Shown: piece by piece, positions 9,788 through 18,850 of the stretch
How positions within the stretch are numbered: position 1 is the first letter of the stretch
How the letters are laid out: every line of letters starts with the position of its first letter
DNA from: a virus
Direction: 5' to 3' (one strand)
Length of the DNA stretch: 47,009 nucleotides
Virus record (IMG/VR): IMGVR_UViG_2554235482_000003
Location: 1 to 47,009 of that record
The notes under the pieces: model-generated
Databases searched by the model: none
The model's input: the letters and a program-made list of their open reading frames with translations, nothing else
What the model was told of the DNA's origin: nothing
Translations under genes and position numbers: made by a program

Positions 9788-10861
9788 TTAATCTTGCAGG
9801 CCAGATTGGAGTGCTCTACTCAGGTCGATATCGTAGCCGGGCCGGACACTCTGGTCGATAACCGCATACCGCCGGTCCCGCGTTGAGCCCAGCCGCTCAA
9901 CAAGGTCATACTCATCGAGCTTTCGGAGCTTCCGGCGCTGTGACCGCTCCGCCAGCGGCGTTCGCGAGCGGCCGTCGTACGCTCGATCCGCGACAGCGTC
10001 GTAGCGGTCATGCAATGTCTCACCGTCGATCTCCCCGGCGTCCCGTACCAGAGCGTAGAGCAGGTGGTGATGGAACGACAGCGAGTCCAGCGCTGCCTGC
10101 CGCATCCACTCCCGGGCCAATGGATATGCGCCGGCGACGTCTTCATCGCGAACAGTGTGGTGGTCCCGATCCTGTGCCAGTGTCGCCGCGGCCAGCAGCG
10201 AGTAGATCCCGAAGCGGGCGACGCCGGCGACCTCGTCGGCGATCATTTCGAGCTGGCGTCGAGCGACGACGCCATGGTCCAGTCCCTTTTCCGCGCGGGG
10301 TTCGAGAATGTCGGCCAGCTCATCGGTGCCGTAGCGATCCAGCGCCAGCGTCTGTCCGTGCAACCGATGGGTGATCCGTCTGGGGGCGTGGGTCAGCCAC
10401 TCGGTAGCGTCGTAGCAGATGATCACCAGCGAGATGCCGGTGACATCAGCCAGCCGTTCGAGCGCCTTGGTGTCGTGGATGTCAGAGGCCTCGTCGAGGA
10501 TAACCACCAGCGGGTCCTCAACTCGCTCGCGCAAGGAGAGACACAGGTCTTCGAGCGGCGTGTTGGTAGCGGGTTTGGGCCCGACCGCCGCCAGTACTTC
10601 TCGGATGATGCTCGCCGTCGACGCTCCCATACACTCGACGTGGGTGTAGTCGAGATCGTGGCGCTCGGACAGCTGGCTGAGTGTGTGTTGCGCCAGGACA
10701 GTCTTCCCAACGCCGGGCGACCCTTCAATGAGGAGGTCGTCGCCTTGCTGACCGCATTTTGTGGGTGCGAGCGCGGTGGCAAGCCGATCGACGGCAGCGT
10801 CGCGATGGAGGAGGCGTTGCGGGGCGTACTTGTCGTCAAAGACCGACCGGTCCGCAATCAT
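9788..10861 (-). CDS. cdc6: Orc1/Cdc6 family AAA+ protein
   Basis: VFDDKYAPQRLLHR; GSPGVGKT Walker A; VILDEA Walker B; C-terminal wHTH. Confidence 0.9.
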   Translation of the reverse strand: MIADRSVFDDKYAPQRLLHRDAAVDRLATALAPTKCGQQGDDLLIEGSPGVGKTVLAQHTLSQLSERHDLDYTHVECMGASTASIIREVLAAVGPKPATNTPLEDLCLSLRERVEDPLVVILDEASDIHDTKALERLADVTGISLVIICYDATEWLTHAPRRITHRLHGQTLALDRYGTDELADILEPRAEKGLDHGVVARRQLEMIADEVAGVARFGIYSLLAAATLAQDRDHHTVRDEDVAGAYPLAREWMRQAALDSLSFHHHLLYALVRDAGEIDGETLHDRYDAVADRAYDGRSRTPLAERSQRRKLRKLDEYDLVERLGSTRDRRYAVIDQSVRPGYDIDLSRALQSGLQD

Positions 10862-10967
10862 GTCAGCGACTGATGATAGCGTGGTATATAAATGGGTGCG
10901 TGATGTCCGGAAACGTATTTTTGTTCGTCCCAAATGATATTACCTTTGGATATCATGATTATGTTGT

Positions 10968-11570
10968 ATGAAAGTAGTGGTCTGTGGGCCCCCTCATTCT
11001 GGCAAGAGTACATTCACTGCCTGCATGATTCAGGTTATCCGAGAACGTAAACGAAACCGCTCATACAATATCTCATTCACATGGATGCCATTGGATGTCA
11101 CAGATAATTCACTGGCGGCGCTTGTCGACACCGACGACGAGGTTGAACAAAAGCGGGATGTAGAGTGGTCTCAAGAGCGTGCTGAGGAACGGCAAGCTAT
11201 GTTTGAGGGGCGAGACGAGCGACTTGTCTTGGCCGATGCACCAGGTAAAATAACGGACGAGCTGCAGACAGTCATTCAACCAGCTGACGCGGTAATCGTA
11301 CTTGCCAGTCGTGAAAAAGAGGACATGGTCGAAGACTGGAAACTAGCCGCGAAAGAATGCGGCTTAGATATTTTTGCAGAACTAACAACAGTACTAGAAG
11401 ATGATATTGGGGCTGGCTGGCTTGATCGACAAGAGCGTCAAGGAGTACTCCGAAGTATCGAGAGAGCCGAGTTTGAACAGCGACAGATCGATGCTCTGGA
11501 GGACCCAACGCGCCGCGTAGTCAAACAGCTTGTAACGGATTTGCTCAAGGAATGTGAGGCAGAGGATTAG
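10968..11570 (+). CDS. Small P-loop NTPase of unknown function
   Basis: VVVCGPPHSGKST; LVLADAPG; VIVLAS. Confidence 0.75.
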   Translation: MKVVVCGPPHSGKSTFTACMIQVIRERKRNRSYNISFTWMPLDVTDNSLAALVDTDDEVEQKRDVEWSQERAEERQAMFEGRDERLVLADAPGKITDELQTVIQPADAVIVLASREKEDMVEDWKLAAKECGLDIFAELTTVLEDDIGAGWLDRQERQGVLRSIERAEFEQRQIDALEDPTRRVVKQLVTDLLKECEAED

Positions 11571-12292
11571 TTATCTGCCAACTCGCTGTATGCGGATTCC
11601 ATTTCGCTGACAATCTCTTCGAGATCGTCAACGGTGGTCTTCAGCGATGTGCGTTGACAGACCAACTGCGCGCGGACCTGTTCTGCAGCGTTGCTCAACT
11701 GTTCAAACGTCTCTTCACTGGGGGCGTCGTCAGTTTCGTAATCTGGCGACCCACGGAGTTGGTTCCAGAGTCCTTTGGTATCATCTACTTGGACACGGAG
11801 GTCCTTTCGGACTGCCTGTGCACACAGCCGGTTGTACAATTCTTTGTCCCCGGTGACATCGATGGGATCGCTTTGGATGATCACATTGTTTACCACACTC
11901 CCGTTGATTTGTGACTCGGAGTCGATTTCGATCCGGACCGCTTCGCTCTCACTTCGGTAGGTGAGGTACCACTCATCCGTGTCTTCAGAGGCGTACTCAT
12001 CTGTCTTGAGCCAGCCTCGTGCATCGGCGAACTCCTCCAAGTCGTTGTACGTGAAGCCTGCGGGGATATTTCTGATCTCAAGCTTGACATCCCCGTTCTC
12101 TTCCACAACTTGGACATCAACCTCTGTCTCTGGATCGAGCTGGTATTCAGAGGCAAAGTGTGCATCAAAGTGGAGCGATACGCCGCCGCCGCTACCACTG
12201 GCGGAAAGTTTTTTCCTGAAATGCTCAAGTGGTGGCCCGTCTTTGTTGTCGGGATGTCCATCACCACGGTCAGTCATTTCTGTCATGTACAT
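11567..12292 (-). CDS. Protein with AbrB/MazE-like N-terminus
   Basis: RKKLSASGSGGGVSLHFDAHFASEYQLDPETEVDVQVVEENGDVKLEI; stop overlaps convergent P-loop gene (TTAG). Confidence 0.6.
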   Translation of the reverse strand: MYMTEMTDRGDGHPDNKDGPPLEHFRKKLSASGSGGGVSLHFDAHFASEYQLDPETEVDVQVVEENGDVKLEIRNIPAGFTYNDLEEFADARGWLKTDEYASEDTDEWYLTYRSESEAVRIEIDSESQINGSVVNNVIIQSDPIDVTGDKELYNRLCAQAVRKDLRVQVDDTKGLWNQLRGSPDYETDDAPSEETFEQLSNAAEQVRAQLVCQRTSLKTTVDDLEEIVSEMESAYSELADN

Positions 12293-12637
12293 ATGATTCC
12301 AACAGCCCCGATTATATAAAACCTGCTCCGTGGGTACTATCTTCGATAATAGCTTTATATGGTGGTCGGAAAACGATAATCTTGTCTTTTAGTTATATTC
12401 GGTTTACTCCTCGTTGAAGTCTATGCGTACCAATGGTTGGACCATGTGATAGCCATGTTACGTCTTGGTATCAGGAGTAATTGCCTCGCGCGCGAGTACA
12501 CACAGTTGGCTTCGGCGTCGAGATGGTGTCTCCCCTGTAAGGACAATTGGAATCAAATATCTCCCGGTTGGCTACCATATCCGCGACTGTGACGATAGGT
12601 CGGATAAAAGTCTACTCCAATACCCGAAGCGGTGGGA

Positions 12638-12853
12638 TCAGTCAAGCAGCTGCTCAGCGTACCACTGCGAGTGAACGAACCGCTGTGGACACCACTGCTC
12701 GTGTGGGAAGTCGTCGATGTTCGTCGCCACAGCCCTACACTCGGTACATCGAATCTCGCCGGTCGGCCGGCGTGCGGTCAGCCCGCCCTGCCCGACCGAG
12801 GCCTCCTCGAAGACGAGTTTGAACGTCGTTGACGGGTCAGCGAAGGACTTCAT
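12638..12853 (-). CDS. Small Zn-finger protein (71 aa)
   Basis: IRCTECRA...FPHEQWCPQRF. Confidence 0.65.
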   Translation of the reverse strand: MKSFADPSTTFKLVFEEASVGQGGLTARRPTGEIRCTECRAVATNIDDFPHEQWCPQRFVHSQWYAEQLLD

Positions 12854-13011
12854 TTGAGATCGACCTCCAAGCCACTCGACCGTCGGTACGCCAACAACGC
12901 GAGTCGGTCGCGTGGGAGCGGCACGTACACGCCCAGCCGCAGCGACGAAAGCGGCGTCAGCTCGACATGGGCCCAGTTGATGCGGCCCTGCCCGTACTGC
13001 ATCTCGGTCAT
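12850..13011 (-). CDS. 53-aa hypothetical (not in ORF track)
   Basis: ATGA overlaps at both ends; composition atypical (basic), so uncertain. Confidence 0.35.
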   Translation of the reverse strand: MTEMQYGQGRINWAHVELTPLSSLRLGVYVPLPRDRLALLAYRRSSGLEVDLK

Positions 13012-13205
13012 GCCAGGACCTCCGCACCTTCGATGTCGATGCTATCGACGATCTCCGATCCAACGTAGACCCACTGACAACCGTTCCAGCGCTCCTCGAC
13101 GCGACGCCAGCCGCCCTCGTCACGCGGTTCGTAGCGATCCCGCTGGGCTGGCCCCCGGAGTGGCTCGCGTCGCACGACGACCGCGTCGGTCTGGTCCGGA
13201 CTCAT
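13008..13205 (-). CDS. Hypothetical protein (65 aa)
   Basis: Coupled in operon; RRVEERWNGCQWVYVGSE. Confidence 0.6.
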   Translation of the reverse strand: MSPDQTDAVVVRREPLRGPAQRDRYEPRDEGGWRRVEERWNGCQWVYVGSEIVDSIDIEGAEVLA

Positions 13206-13525
13206 CGGGACACCCCGGTATCGATGTGTAGGCCGTCGTCGATAGCGTCGTAATCAACGCCGGCGGGGATTGCGCGCTCGCCGCGTGCGAACTCGACGCG
13301 TCGGATGTGCTTGCAGCCACCGGAGGGTCGCCGGTGGATCATGTCCGGACAGTCACAGCAGGGAACGTGAGGCGTGACGATGTAGCGCTGGCCACGATTG
13401 TAGACCGCGACCTGCTCGTCACGGGTGGCGGGGTCGTCTGGGTAGACGTCCATGTGCTCGGTCAGTGCCGCCACATCGCGCTGGTCCATCTGGGCGAGGG
13501 CGTCGATGTCGACAGCTGCCGCCAT
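13202..13525 (-). CDS. SWIM Zn-finger protein
   Basis: CCDCPDMIHRRPSGGCKHIRRV (CxC...CxH). Confidence 0.8.
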   Translation of the reverse strand: MAAAVDIDALAQMDQRDVAALTEHMDVYPDDPATRDEQVAVYNRGQRYIVTPHVPCCDCPDMIHRRPSGGCKHIRRVEFARGERAIPAGVDYDAIDDGLHIDTGVSR

Positions 13526-13803
13526 CAGTCCTCACCCTCCATGTAGCCGCCGTCCTCGAGCGCTTCCCTCACTGCGAGGGCATGACCTGACCCGTAGCCA
13601 CGACCGACGGGTGTCGTCCCGATGGAAATGAGGCCCGCTTCGCGGTCGTAGACGCGGACCTCGTGGTCGATACCACCGACGCCCGTCATCCGGCTGCGAA
13701 TGGCGACCGTCCACTCGCCGTCGGTCGCCCAGCCGCCGGGCAGGCCGGCGTCCTCGATCTCTTCGAAGCCGCGGTCGGCCAGCGCGTCAACAAGCTCGCT
13801 CAT
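13525..13803 (-). CDS. Hypothetical protein (92 aa)
   Basis: TGATG coupling, acidic. Confidence 0.6.
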   Translation of the reverse strand: MSELVDALADRGFEEIEDAGLPGGWATDGEWTVAIRSRMTGVGGIDHEVRVYDREAGLISIGTTPVGRGYGSGHALAVREALEDGGYMEGED

Positions 13804-14336
13804 CAGGCCTCGGCCTCCTCGGGATAGAGGTCTCGAATGACGGCGCGGTACGCATCGCGAGCGTCGGCGTCGACGGTGTTGCCGTGGCCCTCCGGCCGCG
13901 AGATGACAGCCTTCCAGTCCGAGAGCGGCCGCACCGTGTCACCATTGCCGGCGGCCTGTGACTCGATCACGACAGCTCGGCCACCGTCGGCCGTAACATA
14001 CATCGTCTGGATAGCCGGCCGTTCGCGGTTGGCGACGCCGGTTGCCTGCCCGCGACCGTTCGTGTCGAACTCCAGCTGGAGGCCGGGTCGCGTCTCGACG
14101 GCGAAGTACCGCTCTTCGTCAGCGGCGGCGTCTTCGCGAGTGCCGTTGTCGGCCCACGTCTCCGGGACGGTCTCTGGGTTGTCTGACTGATCGATCCACT
14201 TCCAAACTCGGTCCGTGCCGGACGACTTTTGTCCGGTGCGCGTGTTGATTGACATGCTTCGGTTGGTCGAAGCGCGGGCGGTGTCTGAAGCACCGTCCGA
14301 ATTCTCGATTTGCTCCGGCGAGCTCCCGCGCTTCAT
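13803..14336 (-). CDS. Hypothetical protein, first gene of second leftward operon
   Basis: Disordered N-terminus, folded acidic C-terminus; TGATG coupling. Confidence 0.6.
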   Translation of the reverse strand: MKRGSSPEQIENSDGASDTARASTNRSMSINTRTGQKSSGTDRVWKWIDQSDNPETVPETWADNGTREDAAADEERYFAVETRPGLQLEFDTNGRGQATGVANRERPAIQTMYVTADGGRAVVIESQAAGNGDTVRPLSDWKAVISRPEGHGNTVDADARDAYRAVIRDLYPEEAEA

Positions 14337-14344
14337 ATCTACAC

Positions 14345-14429
14345 GTTATTCTGCCACCACTATAAACCTATGGGTTGTAGGTTAGTGGCAATAGGTTTAT
14401 GGCGGTAGCCTACCACTTTTACAACGGAG
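14345..14429. promoter_or_regulatory. Divergent promoter/operator region of immunity switch 2
   Basis: Perfect 10-bp inverted repeat ATAAACCTAT (14362-14371) / ATAGGTTTAT (14391-14400) containing back-to-back TATA-like boxes. Confidence 0.65.
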
Positions 14430-14675
14430 ATGAGTACAGCTGAACCAATCATGGACGCAGACGACATGCGTGACGCAGATTGGGCCATCCTCGAAGTACT
14501 TCGCGAAGGTCGAGCGAACGCCCCGCTCATCGCTGAGCAGGCGGGATACTCGGCCCAGTACGTTCGAGAACGGCTCGGCCGGCTCAAGCAAGACGATATC
14601 GTGGAACCGCTGGGTCACGGCATGTACGCAATCAATCCAGAAGAGATTCCGAACAGGGAGGACGGTGATGCCTGA
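14430..14675 (+). CDS. Winged-helix repressor-like protein
   Basis: DADWAILEVLREGRANAPLIAEQAGYSAQYVRERLGRL...GHGMYAI. Confidence 0.8.
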   Translation: MSTAEPIMDADDMRDADWAILEVLREGRANAPLIAEQAGYSAQYVRERLGRLKQDDIVEPLGHGMYAINPEEIPNREDGDA

Positions 14676-16617
14676 TATCACTGTGGAACCAGACTACGTC
14701 GACGAAGACTTCGAGGCCGCCATCGAGGAGGTCATCGCTGCCGGGAAGCTCGTCACGTCCCGGCGTGTGGCTGACCGTGTCGGTTGCTCGCGAGAGCGGG
14801 CCCGACAGTACCTGGTCAGTCAGCACGAACAGGACAACCTCGACCGCGACCGCGTCGGCGGCGGGGCCGTTGTGTACCTCCCACCAAGCCACGAACTCGA
14901 TGATGTTCGACAGTACCGGTCTGCGTCGGCACAATCGGATGTTGCGCCGGCACAATCGCAAGACAGCACGGGTGACGTTGTGCCGGCACAAGACCAGTCT
15001 GCGCCGGAGCAATCAGACGACGAGCGTGTCATGTTCTTCCCCGGCCGCCGAGAGATCGTCGTCGATAACCCTACTGCAGCGACCCGTAGCATCTTGTCGA
15101 AGACGTCGCACCTTATCGACTCAACTGGCGATGGCTACCTGCACAAAGTGAGCGAGGCTGATGTCTGGAACGCACCCTACGACGAGTTCGAGACGCTGGT
15201 CGAGGACCTCAAGTCTGTTGTCGGAGATGATGAGTGGGACGGTGGCTTCGAGAGCCGGCTCCAGGACGACTGGGACCGCGCCCACCAGTTCCGTCTGCGC
15301 ACACACGAGGACAGCTACACTGTCCTCCAGGCCGCGGATGTCGATGTCTTCGAGAACGTCGCGAAGCGCAAGCTCGAACACAACGACCACTACACCCAGT
15401 ACTTCGGCGACACTGGGATGCGACTCAAAGCGGGAGCCGAGGCCGATGTCAAACAGCGTCTCTACGAAGAGGGATATCCGGTCATCGACGAGCGTCGCCT
15501 GGACGAGGGTGCGACCCTGGACGTCCAGCTCGTCGACGACATCGAACTGCGGGACTACCAGCAGGACTGGGTTGACCACTTCGAGGCGAGAAAGAACGGT
15601 GTCTTCGTTGGCCCGTCTGGGTCTGGGAAGACGATCGGCGCCATCGGAGCGCTGGAAGGCATCGGCGGCGAGACGCTCATCCTCGTCCCGAATCGTGAGC
15701 TGGCCAGTCAGTGGGAGGACGAATTGCTTGAGAAGACGAATCTGCGTCGTAGCAAAATCGGCCAGTACCACGGTGGCGAGAAGCGTATCCGACCAGTCAC
15801 GATAGCGACCTACGACACGGCGGCGATGAGCCGTCACCGAGAGCTGTTCAACGAGCGCGAGTGGGGCCTTGTTATCGCTGACGAGTGCCACCATGCAGTC
15901 GCCGACACCTGGAAGCGGTTCCGCGAGATCCAGTCTGTCGCCCGACTCGGCTTGTCCGCAACACCGGTCCGCGAGAGCGGCGACGCCCAGGAGATCTACA
16001 CCCTGATCGGGCCGCCTGTCGGAACTGACTGGGGCTCGTTGTTCGCCGACGGCTGGGTCGAGAAGCCCGACGTCGAAATTATCACGGTCCCGTGGGGGTC
16101 AGACGACGAGCGCGAAAGCTACCAGCGCACGTCAGGGAACCGCCAGCTGATCGAAGCGGCGCGGAACTCAGCCAAGACGGATGTCGTCCGATCGCTGCTG
16201 GATCGCCACGGTGATGCGAAGAATATCATCTTCGTCGACTGGATCAAGCAGGGCCAGCAGCTAGCCGAGGCGCTGGATCTGCCCTTCATCTACGGCGAGA
16301 CGAGCCACGACCGTCGCGACGAGTTGTACCAGCAGTTCCGTGACGGCGGCCTCGAGGCGCTCATCATCTCTCGCGTTGGCGACGAAGGCATCGACCTCCC
16401 CGACGCCGAGGTCGCGATCCTTGCGTCGACGATGGGTTCGTCGCGGTCCCAGACCGGACAGCGAGCCGGGCGGACGATGCGGCCGATGGGCGATTCCCGG
16501 GTGTACGTCCTGCTGACTCGCGGCTCTGGAGAGGAGGACTGGGGTCGTGAAAGCACGCAGTACCTCGCTGAGAAGGGCATCGATATCTCAAAAACGGAGT
16601 GGTCAGCTGATGGCTAA
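14668..16617 (+). CDS. wHTH-fused XPB/Rad25-like superfamily 2 helicase (649 aa)
   Basis: N-terminal VTSRRVADRVGCSRERARQYL; ELRDYQ, GPSGSGKT, DECH, LSAT, DEGIDLP, QRAGRTMR. Confidence 0.88.
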   Translation: MPDITVEPDYVDEDFEAAIEEVIAAGKLVTSRRVADRVGCSRERARQYLVSQHEQDNLDRDRVGGGAVVYLPPSHELDDVRQYRSASAQSDVAPAQSQDSTGDVVPAQDQSAPEQSDDERVMFFPGRREIVVDNPTAATRSILSKTSHLIDSTGDGYLHKVSEADVWNAPYDEFETLVEDLKSVVGDDEWDGGFESRLQDDWDRAHQFRLRTHEDSYTVLQAADVDVFENVAKRKLEHNDHYTQYFGDTGMRLKAGAEADVKQRLYEEGYPVIDERRLDEGATLDVQLVDDIELRDYQQDWVDHFEARKNGVFVGPSGSGKTIGAIGALEGIGGETLILVPNRELASQWEDELLEKTNLRRSKIGQYHGGEKRIRPVTIATYDTAAMSRHRELFNEREWGLVIADECHHAVADTWKRFREIQSVARLGLSATPVRESGDAQEIYTLIGPPVGTDWGSLFADGWVEKPDVEIITVPWGSDDERESYQRTSGNRQLIEAARNSAKTDVVRSLLDRHGDAKNIIFVDWIKQGQQLAEALDLPFIYGETSHDRRDELYQQFRDGGLEALIISRVGDEGIDLPDAEVAILASTMGSSRSQTGQRAGRTMRPMGDSRVYVLLTRGSGEEDWGRESTQYLAEKGIDISKTEWSADG

Positions 16618-16689
16618 GTGAGATCAAGTGGGTGGCAGTATCCGTAGAATTTGATAGGACAGCAGTCTGCAGACGGTACTGAGCAACCC

Positions 16690-16908
16690 TCAAGAAAAGA
16701 CGTCAAAATCGTATCGGATGACCATCCGGTCTGGGTCAAACCGGCGGGCTGATAATTGCCACATAATCCCAACACTAATCCACATGACTGCCATCCCCAA
16801 GGGCATCCATGACGAAATCATCAAACAGCCGATACTCGTGATACCCCAGCCAATCATTTTGAGAACGGCCTGGAGGTCTCGCTGCCTGACATCGGTGAGT
16901 TCTTTCAT
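16690..16908 (-). CDS. Small 2-TM membrane protein
   Basis: Two hydrophobic segments; AT-richer DNA. Confidence 0.4.
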   Translation of the reverse strand: MKELTDVRQRDLQAVLKMIGWGITSIGCLMISSWMPLGMAVMWISVGIMWQLSARRFDPDRMVIRYDFDVFS

Positions 16909-17076
16909 AATTCGGCTATTCTTTACAGAATAAAGATATTTTCCCACACTAATACAAGGTGTTCGGCCCCACGATACGTTGATCGGGACCACTGCGAGAG
17001 TCTGATTGAGAGTGCGATCAGAGACAGGATAGCACCGGCCTTTGGTATTTTATGTTTGGTTGAGGAATATGGGAGC

Positions 17077-17331
17077 ATGCCTCATAATGCAGCAGCAAAC
17101 GGAACCATTACACTCACGCTGACTGGATTGATCGCTGCGGTCGCAATACTCCTGTTTAGTACACTTTTGTCGCTCTCGACGATCACAATTGCAGCTGGTA
17201 ACCCGCTGGCGGCGACACAGACGAGTTTCGCTATTAGTACCGCCGAAGCAATTTTACTCGGTGTCGGTGGCGCAGTCACCTTGCTCAACACAACAATTCT
17301 GCTGTGGGCGTGCAGCGGTCACTCCCGGTAG
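17077..17331 (+). CDS. Small 2-TM membrane protein
   Basis: ITLTLTGLIAAVAILLFSTLL and AILLGVGGAVTLLNTTILLW. Confidence 0.5.
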   Translation: MPHNAAANGTITLTLTGLIAAVAILLFSTLLSLSTITIAAGNPLAATQTSFAISTAEAILLGVGGAVTLLNTTILLWACSGHSR

Positions 17332-17354
17332 TGGCGTACCCCGCGATACAGTAG

Positions 17355-17597
17355 TCAGCTCAACTCGATTACTTGAGCGGGCTCTTCGGTGGCCATCACC
17401 AACGCCGCCCAGCAGGTCTCGCTACAGAACACCGGCCGATAGGATATCGGCCCTGTCGAACTGGTGGCTCGTATCCGGGCCCCGATGTGTTCTATATTGA
17501 CGGCCATCGCTTCAATGGCGCGTCCGATTCCAACAGTGAACCAGAGACAAACGAGTAACAAAAAAGCGATCCTCGTACTTACGACACTGCTCATCAT
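17355..17597 (-). CDS. Possible small membrane protein
   Basis: One N-terminal hydrophobic segment. Confidence 0.3.
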   Translation of the reverse strand: MMSSVVSTRIAFLLLVCLWFTVGIGRAIEAMAVNIEHIGARIRATSSTGPISYRPVFCSETCWAALVMATEEPAQVIELS

Positions 17598-17889
17598 CGC
17601 AGAAAGTGAGGAGCAAAGGGCGCCCGCTTCACTCTAACGAATCTATATTCAACTTCAATATCAAAAGGCGTTACTCACTCTCACAGCCCGGTTCGCCTCC
17701 TCGCTCGTGGTTGGTGGTTGCAATAACGAGTCGGAGACACGGCGCAAGGAACGCGGGTGCTGGTACTGCTGGACACAACCTCCACACCTTGCAGCCTCTC
17801 TTGAGAGGCTTTCTATGACACACACCGAATGCTTCGTAAACTTCTCGGACCGGCCGTGACTGGGTGCCATCCAGTGCGGAGACAAAACC

Positions 17890-18288
17890 ATGACAGACAC
17901 CACGACTCTCACCGTCCGTGTGGGCGACGGGACGACGACCAAAGAACAGACGTGTGAACGCATCCGTGCGATGGAGCGCGGCGAGGACATCGAGGTCCGA
18001 CATGTCCTCGTGCTGGAAGACGAGTCCGATTTGCAGCGGTTGTTCAGTCCAGCGAATCTCGCCCTGCTGCGAGCCATCCGAGAACACGAGCCCGAGAGCA
18101 TGCGCGAAACGGCTACCCTCGTTGGGCGAGATTTCAAGGAAGTGCATCGAAACCTGACCGAGCTGGAGACACTGAACGTGATCGAGTTCGAGCAGTCGGG
18201 ACGGTCGAAGCGCCCTGTTGTTCGATTCGATGAGATCGATATCGAAGTCTCACTCGATACTGCCGATACTGATGCCGCTGCTGCGTGA
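17890..18288 (+). CDS. HVO_A0114-like winged-helix regulator/putative antitoxin
   Basis: LQRLFSPANLALLRAIREHEPESMRETATLVGRDFKEVHRNLTELE...KRPVVRFDEIDIEV. Confidence 0.8.
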   Translation: MTDTTTLTVRVGDGTTTKEQTCERIRAMERGEDIEVRHVLVLEDESDLQRLFSPANLALLRAIREHEPESMRETATLVGRDFKEVHRNLTELETLNVIEFEQSGRSKRPVVRFDEIDIEVSLDTADTDAAAA

Positions 18289-18291
18289 CTG

Positions 18292-18777
18292 ATGTACCAG
18301 AACGGCCACTACGGCGCAGCGCTATTGTTCGTCGCCCCGATCGGCGCGCTCCTCATTGCCGCCGGCTTCGTCGAGCTCGCCCTCATGGCCGGAGTCACGG
18401 CAGTCGCCCTCGCGATGGTACCCGATCTCGACCAGCGCGTGCCGGGTGTCACGCACCGAGGCCCCACTCACACGGTCTGGTTTGGGCTGGCTGTTGGTCT
18501 CCTGCTCGCTGCGGTCGGGACGCTCGTGACGGTCGCACCCTCCCTGGTAGGGGTTGTGACAGGGTTCGTCGTCGGGTCTGGGACTATCGCATCGCATATC
18601 GCCGCCGACGCACTCACACCGGCTGGCGTCCGACCACTGAGTCCGGTTGATGACACGCACTACTCGCTTGATGTCGTCAGGGCAAAGAACCCACTCGCGA
18701 ACTACGCGCTGCTAGGACTGGGGATCGCCTGCGCAGCGCTTGGTGTCTGGGTTGGGAGCACGGTCGCGAGCGTCTAA
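18292..18777 (+). CDS. YdjM-like membrane metal-dependent hydrolase
   Basis: GHY, PDLD, HRGPTHT, SHIAADALT. Confidence 0.88.
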   Translation: MYQNGHYGAALLFVAPIGALLIAAGFVELALMAGVTAVALAMVPDLDQRVPGVTHRGPTHTVWFGLAVGLLLAAVGTLVTVAPSLVGVVTGFVVGSGTIASHIAADALTPAGVRPLSPVDDTHYSLDVVRAKNPLANYALLGLGIACAALGVWVGSTVASV

Positions 18778-18850
18778 TCAACACAACGGGATATTACTGG
18801 TCGGTGTAGATTAGCACTATCCATTCACCCGACCAATAGGACTGGACACC

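Noticed and set aside
10010-10873. Long antisense or alternate-frame ORFs (also 15121-15894, 27422-28411, 33100-34113, 35440-36567, 43535-44572)
   Set aside because: Shadow frames of real genes in high-GC DNA
10862-10967. Origin recognition box next to cdc6 (TCCGGAAAC)
   Set aside because: No repeated ORB or G-string seen
12850-13011. Frameshift alternative (ADAAFVAAAGR frame) for the 53-aa ORF
   Set aside because: No slippery motif; cannot distinguish from chance without homologs
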